Of a stretch of DNA of 48,093 nt, positions 18,629 to 27,534 are shown one piece after another. This DNA comes from Planctomycetota bacterium (GTDB lineage Bacteria; Planctomycetota; UBA1135; UBA2386). The DNA is taken from assembly GCA_947501605.1 (NCBI GenBank), contig CANMWZ010000035.1:1-48093 (forward strand). The letters are read 5' to 3'. The position numbers were made by a program, and so were the translations under genes. A model generated the notes under the pieces. It had not been told where the DNA came from, did not search any database, and saw only the letters and a list, made by a program, of their open reading frames with translations. The stretch's first letter is position 1; every line of letters begins with the position of its first letter.

Positions 18629-18893
18629 TCGAGGCGGCTCACCGGTCAAGAAGGCCATGGCGCTTGGCTACGACCGCGGTGGCGATGCGGCGCCGCGCGT
18701 CCTGGCCAAAGGCGGCGGCGACGTCGCTCAGAACATCCTCGACCTGGCATCCCAGCACAGCATCCCGATCGAACGCGATCCTGACCTGCTGCAGTGCTTG
18801 CAGCCGTTGGCCAATGGCGCCGAGATCCCGATCGCGGCGTACGAAGCGGTCGCGCGCATTCTCGCCTTCCTCTACCAGAAGAACCGGGCCTGA
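18621..18893 (+). CDS. Stand-alone FlhB C-terminal-like protein (FlhX/YlqH, EscU/YscU family)
   Basis: KKAMALGYD..DAAPRVLAKGGGDVAQNIL..A..HSIPI..DPDL..L...EIP..AYEAVARILAFLY. Confidence 0.9.
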   Translation: MRDRGGSPVKKAMALGYDRGGDAAPRVLAKGGGDVAQNILDLASQHSIPIERDPDLLQCLQPLANGAEIPIAAYEAVARILAFLYQKNRA

Positions 18894-18926
18894 CCTCGTG
18901 CGACGGGGCGCTACAGTTTTTCCAAG

Positions 18927-19580
18927 ATGGCCCGACCTCGGGATCCCGACCTGCGCGATCGCTTGATTGCAGCTGCGACCGAGACGTTCGCGCGGCATGG
19001 CTTTGCCGGCGCGAGCCTCGACGCGATTGCGGCGCGAGCGGGAGTCACGAAAGGGGGCATCTACTTCCACTTCGACGGCAAGGAAGAGCTGTTCTTTGCC
19101 GTGCTCGACCACTGGCAGCGTCTGCGCCGTCGCGAACTCCAAATGCCGGTGCCAGCCGCCGACGGTGCTGCGACCGCTCTGCGACAGTTCGTTCGTGCCT
19201 ATCTGGGCTTTCATTTCCGCGAGCCGGCTGCGACGCACCTGCTGCGTGTGCTTGCGACCGAACTACGGGCTCGATTCACGGCACGGTTGCGCGAGGATGA
19301 CCGCCAGGAGCAACGCTGGCTGCGGGCGACCTTGCGCGAGCTGTTCGTGCTGGGCAACACCGATGGTTCGCTGTTCGCGGACGATCCAGCCGAGGCTGCG
19401 TTCGTGCTGACAGCGGCAATCGCCGGAGTGCTCGAGCAGTGGCACACCTCGAAGGGGGATGTTGCAGCGTTTTGCGATGCGGCGCGGCTCGCGGCGGCAC
19501 TGGTCGAGCGCTGGGCGAGTGCAGGGCGGCGTGAGGGACCCTCGCTACCGACGGCGAACGAGTTCGACTTTCGCGACTAG
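18927..19580 (+). CDS. TetR/AcrR family transcriptional regulator
   Basis: LIAAATETFARHGFAGASLDAIAARAGVTKGGIYFHFDGKEELF. Confidence 0.95.
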   Translation: MARPRDPDLRDRLIAAATETFARHGFAGASLDAIAARAGVTKGGIYFHFDGKEELFFAVLDHWQRLRRRELQMPVPAADGAATALRQFVRAYLGFHFREPAATHLLRVLATELRARFTARLREDDRQEQRWLRATLRELFVLGNTDGSLFADDPAEAAFVLTAAIAGVLEQWHTSKGDVAAFCDAARLAAALVERWASAGRREGPSLPTANEFDFRD

Positions 19581-19705
19581 CCCGCCACCGCGAGGTTGGC
19601 CCATGGACTCCGCGCTCGCACCATGCACACGTGGGCTTCGCCGACGGCACGGCGCCCCCGTCCTGCCCTGGGTTGCCGTCTTGTCATCGGATCCCTGGCC
19701 GCGCG

Positions 19706-20356
19706 TCAGTGTCGCACGGTGGCCGCGCCGATCGCGGCAAAGAGCCCGCCGACCAGGACGGTGAACCCGAAGGGCCACAAGGTGCTTTGCGCCAAGGTCA
19801 GCGCGAAGAGCAGCGAGTCCGGGTCCGTCGGGACCATGGGCGCGGCCTTGCTGAAGTGCGTGTCCCAACCTTTCCGGATCGCGACAAACTGGATGAGCAC
19901 GACGGGTGCGCGCGCGAGCAGGCCGTAGAGCAGGTTGACGAAGTAGGCGCGCGGCCAGGCCTTCAGCGCCAGCAGGCCGGATACGGACGCTCCGACAAAA
20001 GCCACGAGCCCCTTCATCCGCCAGCCGTCGATCAGGTCGGTGCCCATGGCGACGAAGCCGATGCCCCCGGCGAGCGCGATGCCGAGCAGATGCAGCAGCA
20101 GGGATTTACCCGTGGCCTGAGGCCGCGCGCCATTCTTTGCCAACCGTCGCCCGAACCAGAACCCGCAGATCGGCACCAAGAAGGTGATTCCCAGAAGAGA
20201 GCCACCGCCGCCGGCTGCGGTGCTGAACAGGTTCTTGCCGAGTACGACGGTTTCCCAGTGATTGAGTTCGCCGTAGAGCCGGAGCCCGTTGACGACTAGC
20301 GATAGCACCGCGGCGATCGCAACTGCTCCGTAGACTCCGCTGGGCTTGTCCGACAT
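19706..20356 (-). CDS. Hypothetical integral membrane protein (about 6 TM)
   Basis: Multiple hydrophobic segments; GC-biased third positions; start ATG 20356. Confidence 0.75.
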   Translation of the reverse strand: MSDKPSGVYGAVAIAAVLSLVVNGLRLYGELNHWETVVLGKNLFSTAAGGGGSLLGITFLVPICGFWFGRRLAKNGARPQATGKSLLLHLLGIALAGGIGFVAMGTDLIDGWRMKGLVAFVGASVSGLLALKAWPRAYFVNLLYGLLARAPVVLIQFVAIRKGWDTHFSKAAPMVPTDPDSLLFALTLAQSTLWPFGFTVLVGGLFAAIGAATVRH

Positions 20357-20453
20357 GGCGCGACATCGTGCGCCGAGGTCTTGTTGCGGTAAAGAGCGCA
20401 CTGTCGATTGACGCTGGCGCACGCGACCAGTCGTGGCGAGGATGCGCGCGCCC

Positions 20454-21209
20454 ATGCCCGTCGCGATCCCCGAAACGTCGACCTCATCACGAACGGGCGA
20501 CCGGTCCGTGCCGTTGCTCTCCGTCGTCGTCCCGGTCTACAACGAGATGGCGACCCTGCGCGCGATCGTTGAGGCAGTGCGTGCAGTAGCGATCGACAAG
20601 GAACTCGTGCTCGTCGACGACGGCAGCAAGGACGGTAGTCGCGACCTCGTGCAGCAGTTGGCCGCCGAGTTCGACAACGTGCGGGCGGTGCTGCACCCGC
20701 AGAACATGGGCAAAGGGGCAGCCCTCAAGACGGGCTTCGAGCACGCGCGCGGCCAACTCGTGGTGATCCAGGACGCGGATCTCGAGTATGACCCGAACGA
20801 CTACCACATGCTGCTGGCACCGATCCTCCGCAACGAGGCCGATGTGGTCTACGGTTCGCGCTACCTGGTCGACGATCGCGATCCGGGGCGAGAACGCGAC
20901 CACCTCTATCACTACCTCGGCAACCGCTTCCTGACGTTCTTCAGCAACCTGTTCACGGGTCTCAACCTGACGGACATGGAGACTTGCTACAAGTGCTTCC
21001 GCCGCGAAGTGCTGGACACGGTCACGATCAAGAGTCGCCGCTTCACAGTCGAGCCCGAGTTCACGGCCAAGCTCGCGCGCTTGCCCGTGCGCATCTGGGA
21101 AGTGCCGATCAAGTACCGCGGTCGCGGCTACGGCGAGGGCAAGAAGATCGGCTGGCGCGACGGCGTCGCCGCGCTGTGGGCCATCGTCAAGTACCGCTGG
21201 TTCGATTGA
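20454..21209 (+). CDS. GT2 glycosyltransferase (DPM1-like)
   Basis: LSVVVPVYNE, LVDDGSKDGS, NMGKGAA, IQDADLEYDP, TDMETCYK, GKKIGWRDG. Confidence 0.93.
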   Translation: MPVAIPETSTSSRTGDRSVPLLSVVVPVYNEMATLRAIVEAVRAVAIDKELVLVDDGSKDGSRDLVQQLAAEFDNVRAVLHPQNMGKGAALKTGFEHARGQLVVIQDADLEYDPNDYHMLLAPILRNEADVVYGSRYLVDDRDPGRERDHLYHYLGNRFLTFFSNLFTGLNLTDMETCYKCFRREVLDTVTIKSRRFTVEPEFTAKLARLPVRIWEVPIKYRGRGYGEGKKIGWRDGVAALWAIVKYRWFD

Positions 21210-21222
21210 GCCAGCGTCTGCT

Positions 21223-22575
21223 TCACGCCGGCACGTAGTGACCGGTGATCGGCTGGAATGGCGCCATCGCGTTGCGCGAGTCGACGACCAGCTTGGCGTG
21301 CGTCGCGATCATCTGCCAGTCGACCGTCTTGTGGTCGGTGACGACCAGTACACAATCGGCGTTCTCGATGGTCTCGCGCGTCAGCGGAACGGAGTGCATG
21401 CGGTACTCCATGTACTTCCGCATGCCGGCGAACAGCGGCACGTGCGGATCGTGGTAGCAGACGTCGGCGCCGTCCTCGAACAGCAGCTTGATGATCTCAG
21501 CGGCCGGCGTCTCGCGGACATCGTCGACGTCCGGCTTGTAGGCGAGGCCGATGACCAGCACCTTTGCGCCGCGCAGCGGCCGACCGATCTCGTTGAGTCC
21601 GTGGGCGGCGCGCTGCACGACGTAGTGCGGCATCGAGCTGTTGATCTGGCCTGCGAGCTCGATGAACTTCGTGTGGTGGCCAAACTCCTTGGCCTTCCAC
21701 GTCAGATAGAAGGGGTCGATCGGGATGCAGTGCCCCCCGAGACCTGGGCCGGGATAGAAGGCCTGGAAACCGAACGGCTTCGTCGCCGCGGCCTTCACGA
21801 CCTTCCAAATGTCGATGCCCATCGCCCCGAGAACGGGCTTGAGTTCGTTGACCAGTGCGATGTTGACGCAGCGGTAGATGTTCTCCAGCAGCTTCGCCGC
21901 TTCGGCGATCTCGGCATTGTCGACTTGCACGACCTGCTTGATCGCCGCGGCATAGAGTTCGGTGGCGAGCTTGGTGCTGATGTCATCGACACCGCCGACG
22001 AGCTTCGGGATGGTCTGCGTCTGGTGGTCCTTGCGACCTGGATCTTCGCGCTCAGGGCTGAACGCCAAGAAGAAGTCCTTGCCGCAGACGAGGCCGGTCT
22101 TTGCCAGGATCGGGCCGCAGTCGCCGCGCGTGGTCCCCGGGTAGGTTGTGGACTCGAGGGACACGAGCTGGCCCTTGCGCAGGACCTTGGCGACCATCTC
22201 GGTCGACTTCACGATGTAGCTCATGTCGGGCTCGCCGTGGCGACCGAGCGGCGTCGGCACACACAGGATGATCGCATCGGCGCGCGCGAGTTCATTGGCG
22301 TCTGCGGTCGGCACGAACTTCGCCGACTTCGACATCTCGACGACGAAGTCCTCGCCCAGGTGCTTGAGGTAGGACTGGCCGTTCCTCAGGAGCTTGATCT
22401 TCTCCTGGTCGACGTCGTAGCCGACTACCGGAAAGCCAGCCTGGAAGAACGCGCGCAAAAGGGGCAGGCCGACGTAGCCGAGGCCGACAACGCCGACCAC
22501 GGCGGTCCTGGTCTTGATCTTCTGCTCGAGCTGGAGGGCCGGCGACGTGAGTTGGGTCATGCTGGTCGTGGACAT
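21223..22575 (-). CDS. Nucleotide-sugar (UDP-GlcNAc-type) 6-dehydrogenase
   Basis: GLGYVGLP, CVPTP, ESTTYPGTT, SPEREDPG, KLLENIYR, GPGLGGHCIPIDP, GLAYKPDVDDVRETP. Confidence 0.95.
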   Translation of the reverse strand: MSTTSMTQLTSPALQLEQKIKTRTAVVGVVGLGYVGLPLLRAFFQAGFPVVGYDVDQEKIKLLRNGQSYLKHLGEDFVVEMSKSAKFVPTADANELARADAIILCVPTPLGRHGEPDMSYIVKSTEMVAKVLRKGQLVSLESTTYPGTTRGDCGPILAKTGLVCGKDFFLAFSPEREDPGRKDHQTQTIPKLVGGVDDISTKLATELYAAAIKQVVQVDNAEIAEAAKLLENIYRCVNIALVNELKPVLGAMGIDIWKVVKAAATKPFGFQAFYPGPGLGGHCIPIDPFYLTWKAKEFGHHTKFIELAGQINSSMPHYVVQRAAHGLNEIGRPLRGAKVLVIGLAYKPDVDDVRETPAAEIIKLLFEDGADVCYHDPHVPLFAGMRKYMEYRMHSVPLTRETIENADCVLVVTDHKTVDWQMIATHAKLVVDSRNAMAPFQPITGHYVPA

Positions 22576-22643
22576 CTAGGCGTGGATCGGCCGATTCGCC
22601 AGCGCGGGTGGAGCCGGGCGCGGCACGAAGCTACGCTGGGTGG

Positions 22644-23801
22644 ATGGACGGGTGTCGCTGGATCGTACGCTGGACCGCTCTGAGCATCCTGCTCGCAGTC
22701 CCTGGCTGTGCGGGTCGACCGTCGCTCCACCCGCAGCTCGGCCGTTCGGTCTGGGTCGATCGATGGGACTGGAGTTCGGCGGAGGACATCGAGCGTGCCA
22801 TCGAACAGTGCCATCGGTTTGGCTTCGACACCGTGATCTTCCAAGCTCGCGGCAACGGCACAGTGTTTTACCCGAGCAGCATCGAGGTGTGGTCCGAGCA
22901 GTTGGACCACCGCGACCCTGGCTTCGATCCGTTGGCAACGGCAGTACGGGCCGCTCACGCTCGCGGGATGAAGCTCTGCGCCTGGGTCAACATGATGCCT
23001 GGTTGGGTCGGAACCGAGGATCCAGGCGACGCGCGCCAGTTGTGGCACAGTCGGCAGGAGTGGTTCTTGCGCGACCGCAAGGGCCAGCCGCCCTCGCGCA
23101 AGGGCGGCAAGTACCTCGGCCTCAATCCCTGTCTGCCCGAAGTCCGTCGCTACCTCACCGCGATCTGCCGCGAAGTGGTGACCCGCTATGAGGTGGACGG
23201 TTTGCAGCTCGACTACATCCGCTTCCCCGAGCCTGAGCCGGTGGCGGTCGGGCCGCTCGGCACCGATTCGGCGACCATGGCGTTGTTCGCGGAAGCAACG
23301 GGCAGGCGACCGATGGATGCTGCCGCGGTGCAGACGTGGCAACGCGAGTGCGTGACGCGGCTCGTCGCCGATGTTCGGGCTGCCACCCAGGGCGGTGGCA
23401 AGAAGGTGCCGCTCAGTGTTGCGGTGTTTGCCGACATCGAAGTGGCACGCAACAAGGTGCTTCAGGACTGGCCCGAGTGGTGCCGCCGCGGCCTCGTCGA
23501 TGCGGTTGTGCCGATGAACTACACGGCCGATGACGGGCTGTCGGCCTCGCGCATTGCTGGTTGTGTGGGTGCTGCAGGGAGCGTTCCTGTCATTGCCGGG
23601 ATCGGGCTCTACAAGTGCACGTCGGCGCAGCAAGTGAAGGCCCAGATCGACATCGCCATCGAGGCCGGTGTCCGCGGCGTCGGCGCGTTCAACTACCGCT
23701 CGTTGTTCGGCGCGACCAAGGATGTGCCCGCGTCCGTGCAGCAAGAACTCCAGCGCGGTGTCGCGGACTGGCTGAAGAGCACGCCCTCGCGGCGTTGGTG
23801 A
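22644..23801 (+). CDS. GHL10/DUF187 (YddW-like) glycoside hydrolase lipoprotein
   Basis: VPGC lipobox-like; FDTVIFQARGNG..FYPS, GFDPL, LNPCLPEVR, YEVDGLQLDYIRFP, QDWPEW, VPMNY. Confidence 0.88.
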   Translation: MDGCRWIVRWTALSILLAVPGCAGRPSLHPQLGRSVWVDRWDWSSAEDIERAIEQCHRFGFDTVIFQARGNGTVFYPSSIEVWSEQLDHRDPGFDPLATAVRAAHARGMKLCAWVNMMPGWVGTEDPGDARQLWHSRQEWFLRDRKGQPPSRKGGKYLGLNPCLPEVRRYLTAICREVVTRYEVDGLQLDYIRFPEPEPVAVGPLGTDSATMALFAEATGRRPMDAAAVQTWQRECVTRLVADVRAATQGGGKKVPLSVAVFADIEVARNKVLQDWPEWCRRGLVDAVVPMNYTADDGLSASRIAGCVGAAGSVPVIAGIGLYKCTSAQQVKAQIDIAIEAGVRGVGAFNYRSLFGATKDVPASVQQELQRGVADWLKSTPSRRW

Positions 23802-23821
23802 CCGCAGCAGTCTGCTGTCGG

Positions 23822-24829
23822 TCATGGCGGTGGCATCGGCCTCTGGCAGGATGGCCCGCCTTCGCGCAAGAAGGTGCGCATGTCCTCCGGCATCGGCGCC
23901 TCGAAGTGCAGCGGTGCGTTCGTGAGCGGGTGGGCAAAGCGCAGCGAGGCGGCGTGCAGCAATTGGCGACCGGCCTGCAGCCGTCCATCCCACCACGGCT
24001 CGCCGCCGGCCTTGACGAAGCGCACGTACTCGAGGTACTCGGCGTCGCTGCGGCCATACAGCTTGTCGCCGACGAGCGGGTGCCCGGCATGGGTCAAGTG
24101 CACGCGGATCTGGTGTGTGCGCCCGGTTTCTGGCAGCGCGCGCAACAGCGTGTGCGCCCGAAGCCGCTGCTCGACGCGAAAGCTCGTCCGCGCCCGCTGC
24201 GCACCGATCGCACCTGGGTCGACCACGGCGCGGCGGATCGTGATCTCGCTGCGCTCGTCGCGGCCGATGGCCCCATCCACCGCCAACTCGTCGTCCGCGA
24301 CCACGCCATGCGCGATTGCGAGGTACTCCTTGGCCACGGTTCCGGCAGTGAACTGCTGCTGCATGGCCCGACTTGCGGTCGCCGACTTGGTCACGACCAT
24401 GAGGCCGCTGGTCTCGCGATCGAGTCGGTGGGCCAGCGCCAGAGTTGGCTGCTGGCCAAGGTCCCGGAAGTGACGCTCGAGCACGCGAAAGAAGGTGTTC
24501 TGAACGAATGCTCCATCCGCGTGCGCGACCAGATGCGCGGGCTTGAAGACGACCGCGAAGGCCGCGTCGTCGTGGATCATCTCGATGGCCGTGTTGGCGC
24601 GCGGTTCCTGGTGGATGGGCCGGTAGGCGATCTCATCACCGCGGCGCATGCGGTCATCGGCGCCGGCGGGCTTGCCGTTCCGTTGCACCCGGCCCGCCTC
24701 GATCTCGCTGCGCCAACTCGCCTCGTCGAGGTAGCGGAACCGCGTGGACAGCCACTCGGCGATGCGCTTCCCGTCGGCTGCTGGCGGTACGCGCGAACGC
24801 AGCACGGTCTCGTCCGAGGCGTCGGTCAT
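23822..24829 (-). CDS. RluA/RluD-family RNA pseudouridine synthase with S4 domain
   Basis: KPAHL, HRLDRETSG, K.YLA, TGRTHQIRVHL..GHPLVGDKLYG, LHA..L.F.HP. Confidence 0.95.
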   Translation of the reverse strand: MTDASDETVLRSRVPPAADGKRIAEWLSTRFRYLDEASWRSEIEAGRVQRNGKPAGADDRMRRGDEIAYRPIHQEPRANTAIEMIHDDAAFAVVFKPAHLVAHADGAFVQNTFFRVLERHFRDLGQQPTLALAHRLDRETSGLMVVTKSATASRAMQQQFTAGTVAKEYLAIAHGVVADDELAVDGAIGRDERSEITIRRAVVDPGAIGAQRARTSFRVEQRLRAHTLLRALPETGRTHQIRVHLTHAGHPLVGDKLYGRSDAEYLEYVRFVKAGGEPWWDGRLQAGRQLLHAASLRFAHPLTNAPLHFEAPMPEDMRTFLREGGPSCQRPMPPP

Positions 24830-24981
24830 GCAGATCCCAGTATGTCGCCTTAGAAACGAAAACGCGCGGTCGGCATCGCTGCCGCCCGCGCGTCGTGCGA
24901 ATGCGCCGGTCGCCCGGCGCAATCGATCGTTGGCTGCCTCGCAGGCTCAATTCACGATACTGCGAGTCACCATGCTGCGAA

Positions 24982-27228
24982 TCACTGCGCCGCGAGCAGG
25001 GTCACGAGACCGTTCGACGAGATGATGCCCGCAGCCGTCGTGTTCGGGCTGAACGTGATCGACTGCCAGCCGATCGCCACGCCGACGAACACGGGGTTCG
25101 CCGGGATCGAGACGTTCTGGCTCCACGACGTGACCGGCGCGAATGCCGAGTTGAACGTCTGAGCACTGACCGGATCGATATAGGCGAAGCAGCCAGCCAT
25201 ACCGATTGGCGTGAGATCGATCGGCGGGGTCGCCAGCGTCGGCGTGAAGAGCAGCGCCGCGATCGACGTGCCGGCCGGGATGTTGGTCGTGTTCATCGCG
25301 ATCGTGGTGCCCATCACCGGACGGGCGCTGGCATCGAGAGCCAGCGGGAGGAGGTTCGCCGCGCCGGGGCACAGCGTCAGGCCTGCAGGGACGGCCGTCG
25401 TCAGGTTGGAGCTACCGGGATCGGTTGCGCCGTTGCCAGGAGTCCAGCCAGCCAGGACGCCGCCAGAGCTGGTGAAGCTCGACGTGCCCCAGTAGCAGTT
25501 GACGCGGTTGTTCGACAGGAACTCGAACTGCAGGTTGACGGTGCCAACGCCGGCAAAGCTGCGGACGTTCAAGAACGAGATACGGGCTGAGGTCGGTGTG
25601 ACGTTCGCCAGGATCTGGCCGCCGGCCGAGGGGTTCAGGTCGTGCCAGCCCATGGCCCAGCACGCGGCGCCAGTGAGGAAGGCGCTGGCGCTCGGAGTGA
25701 ACGAGGTGCCGTTGTTGACTGGCGAGATGAAACCGTTCGAGCAGACGTGCAGCGTCTGGGTCGAGCCACCCGGGTAGCTCAACGTGAACGGCAGTGCGAC
25801 CGTCGCCGACACATCGTCGCCGTTCGCGATCACGGTGCCGGTCGGAACGGCCTGGTAGCCCGTGCCGCCGCTGGCGGGGCCGAACACGTAGTTCTGGCCA
25901 GAGAGGGCAAAGCCCATGTTGGTGCCATTGAGGTCGAACGCGGCGCCGTTGGCGAAGAGCTCATAGACCGAGCTAGTGCAGGGGCCCGAACCGCCGGCGC
26001 AACCGGCGCCGAGGATCGTGTTGAACGCCGTCGGGATGCCACTCGGAACCTGGCTCTGGACCGAGGTAGTCAGGCTGCCGGCGCCGATGCGCGCGGCGTT
26101 GCAGTGGAACAGGCCCGTGCTCGGCGCCTGCGTGCAATCGAACCAGCAGTTGAACACGGTGTTCCAGTTCTGCGGGTTGTTGCCCGGAGCCGTGAAGACG
26201 ATCTCGTTGCCAACGCGCGCGCCGACCCAGTTGTTCAGCGCATCGGTGTCGATGTCGCGGAAGCCGAAGGCCGTGACCGTAGCACCGGCGCCGACGGGGA
26301 TGCGGAACGAGGCGATGCCGCGGTTCGAGTCGACGTTGTGTACGCCGTATTCGTAGTGGAAGCCGCCGACGATCGTCGTGACCTTGGAGGCGACGAAAAT
26401 GCGGCCGTCGTCGGCGCCATTGGTGGCGCTGTTGACGGTGGCGCCACTCCAGCGCGAGAGGATCGAGCCGTAGGCCTGTGCTGCCGTGTTGGCGAACGAC
26501 CACTGCGTCCCGTTCCAGGTCGGAGCAAAGCCGCGCGAAGCGAGATTGTCACCGCGGTTGGCGACGGCCTCGCCGCGATGGATGAGTTGGATGCCGTAGT
26601 AGAACGTGCCGGCCGTGAGCAGGTCGCTCTCCTTGATGGTCATGCGGTTCATGACCGCGTCCGTTGGCGTGATGTTGCTGCGGGCGCCGTCGCCGTTGGC
26701 GGGGGATGCGACTTCCGGGAAGCCCTTGTCGAAGTAGCTGCCGACAGGGTTCCAGACGCCGAGCCACGGGTCGATCTCGGCGGGCGGGCCGAGGTAGGTG
26801 CGGTCGCCGTTGTTACCGGCTCCGTAGGTATCCGAGCAGTTGATGCCCATCAGCGATCCGGTGCCAGGGTTCTGGCACGTGCCGCAGGCGCCGTTGAAGT
26901 TCGTCGAGGTGAACGCGTGCTTGCAGTAGGACCAGTCGCTGACCTGCACCATGCGCCCGCCCGTTTCGCGGGTGGCAATGAAGCCGAACATCGGGTGGTT
27001 TGGCTGCATCGGCGCCTGCCACGGGATGTTGATCGAACCCGGGTTGCACATCGTGTTGAGCATCGACATGCCGGCGTTGCCATTCGGGTGGGCCGCGCCG
27101 TTGCGACCCCAGTAGGTCAGGCTGTTGACGTCGGTCAATCGGCCGTCGAGGCCAGCAACGGTGTTGGACTGTGCCAACAGAGAACTAGCCACGGTCGCGG
27201 CCAGGGTCGCAAGTACGAGTTTACGCAT
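24982..27228 (-). CDS. Large secreted protein: Cys/His-rich N-terminal domain, nidogen-like beta region, C-terminal putative sorting domain
   Basis: Signal peptide MRKLVLATLAATVASSLLAQ; GDD...LPFTLSYPGG...VCSNGF and WHDLNP motifs; strong codon bias. Confidence 0.85.
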   Translation of the reverse strand: MRKLVLATLAATVASSLLAQSNTVAGLDGRLTDVNSLTYWGRNGAAHPNGNAGMSMLNTMCNPGSINIPWQAPMQPNHPMFGFIATRETGGRMVQVSDWSYCKHAFTSTNFNGACGTCQNPGTGSLMGINCSDTYGAGNNGDRTYLGPPAEIDPWLGVWNPVGSYFDKGFPEVASPANGDGARSNITPTDAVMNRMTIKESDLLTAGTFYYGIQLIHRGEAVANRGDNLASRGFAPTWNGTQWSFANTAAQAYGSILSRWSGATVNSATNGADDGRIFVASKVTTIVGGFHYEYGVHNVDSNRGIASFRIPVGAGATVTAFGFRDIDTDALNNWVGARVGNEIVFTAPGNNPQNWNTVFNCWFDCTQAPSTGLFHCNAARIGAGSLTTSVQSQVPSGIPTAFNTILGAGCAGGSGPCTSSVYELFANGAAFDLNGTNMGFALSGQNYVFGPASGGTGYQAVPTGTVIANGDDVSATVALPFTLSYPGGSTQTLHVCSNGFISPVNNGTSFTPSASAFLTGAACWAMGWHDLNPSAGGQILANVTPTSARISFLNVRSFAGVGTVNLQFEFLSNNRVNCYWGTSSFTSSGGVLAGWTPGNGATDPGSSNLTTAVPAGLTLCPGAANLLPLALDASARPVMGTTIAMNTTNIPAGTSIAALLFTPTLATPPIDLTPIGMAGCFAYIDPVSAQTFNSAFAPVTSWSQNVSIPANPVFVGVAIGWQSITFSPNTTAAGIISSNGLVTLLAAQ

Positions 27229-27534
27229 GGGATCGGGTGATGCGGGAACGGGTGGGGGGAAGGAGGGTCCAGGCTGGTGGGCAGGCTCAAAGCTCCGGGA
27301 CCGCCAGGAGAGTCTAGCGATGCGCCCCTGGTTGGCGAGTCCCTGCATTTGCAGCGCGTACGTAGAGGCGCATCCGCAGTTTCGGTACCAACGAGGGGGT
27401 TTCGTCCGGTCCCATGTTCGGAAGCAGCCAAAACGTCTTGCTGGACCGGTTCAGGGGTGCCGTGGTCGGCGAGCCGGGTTCCGTCGTCGCGGCTTCTGCT
27501 TGTCCTCGCTTCCCCGCATCGCCGATTCACGCGC

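Noticed and set aside
26870..26890. CGTCQ as a heme c site in the 748-aa protein
   Set aside because: Lacks the His of CxxCH; more likely disulfide or metal ligands.
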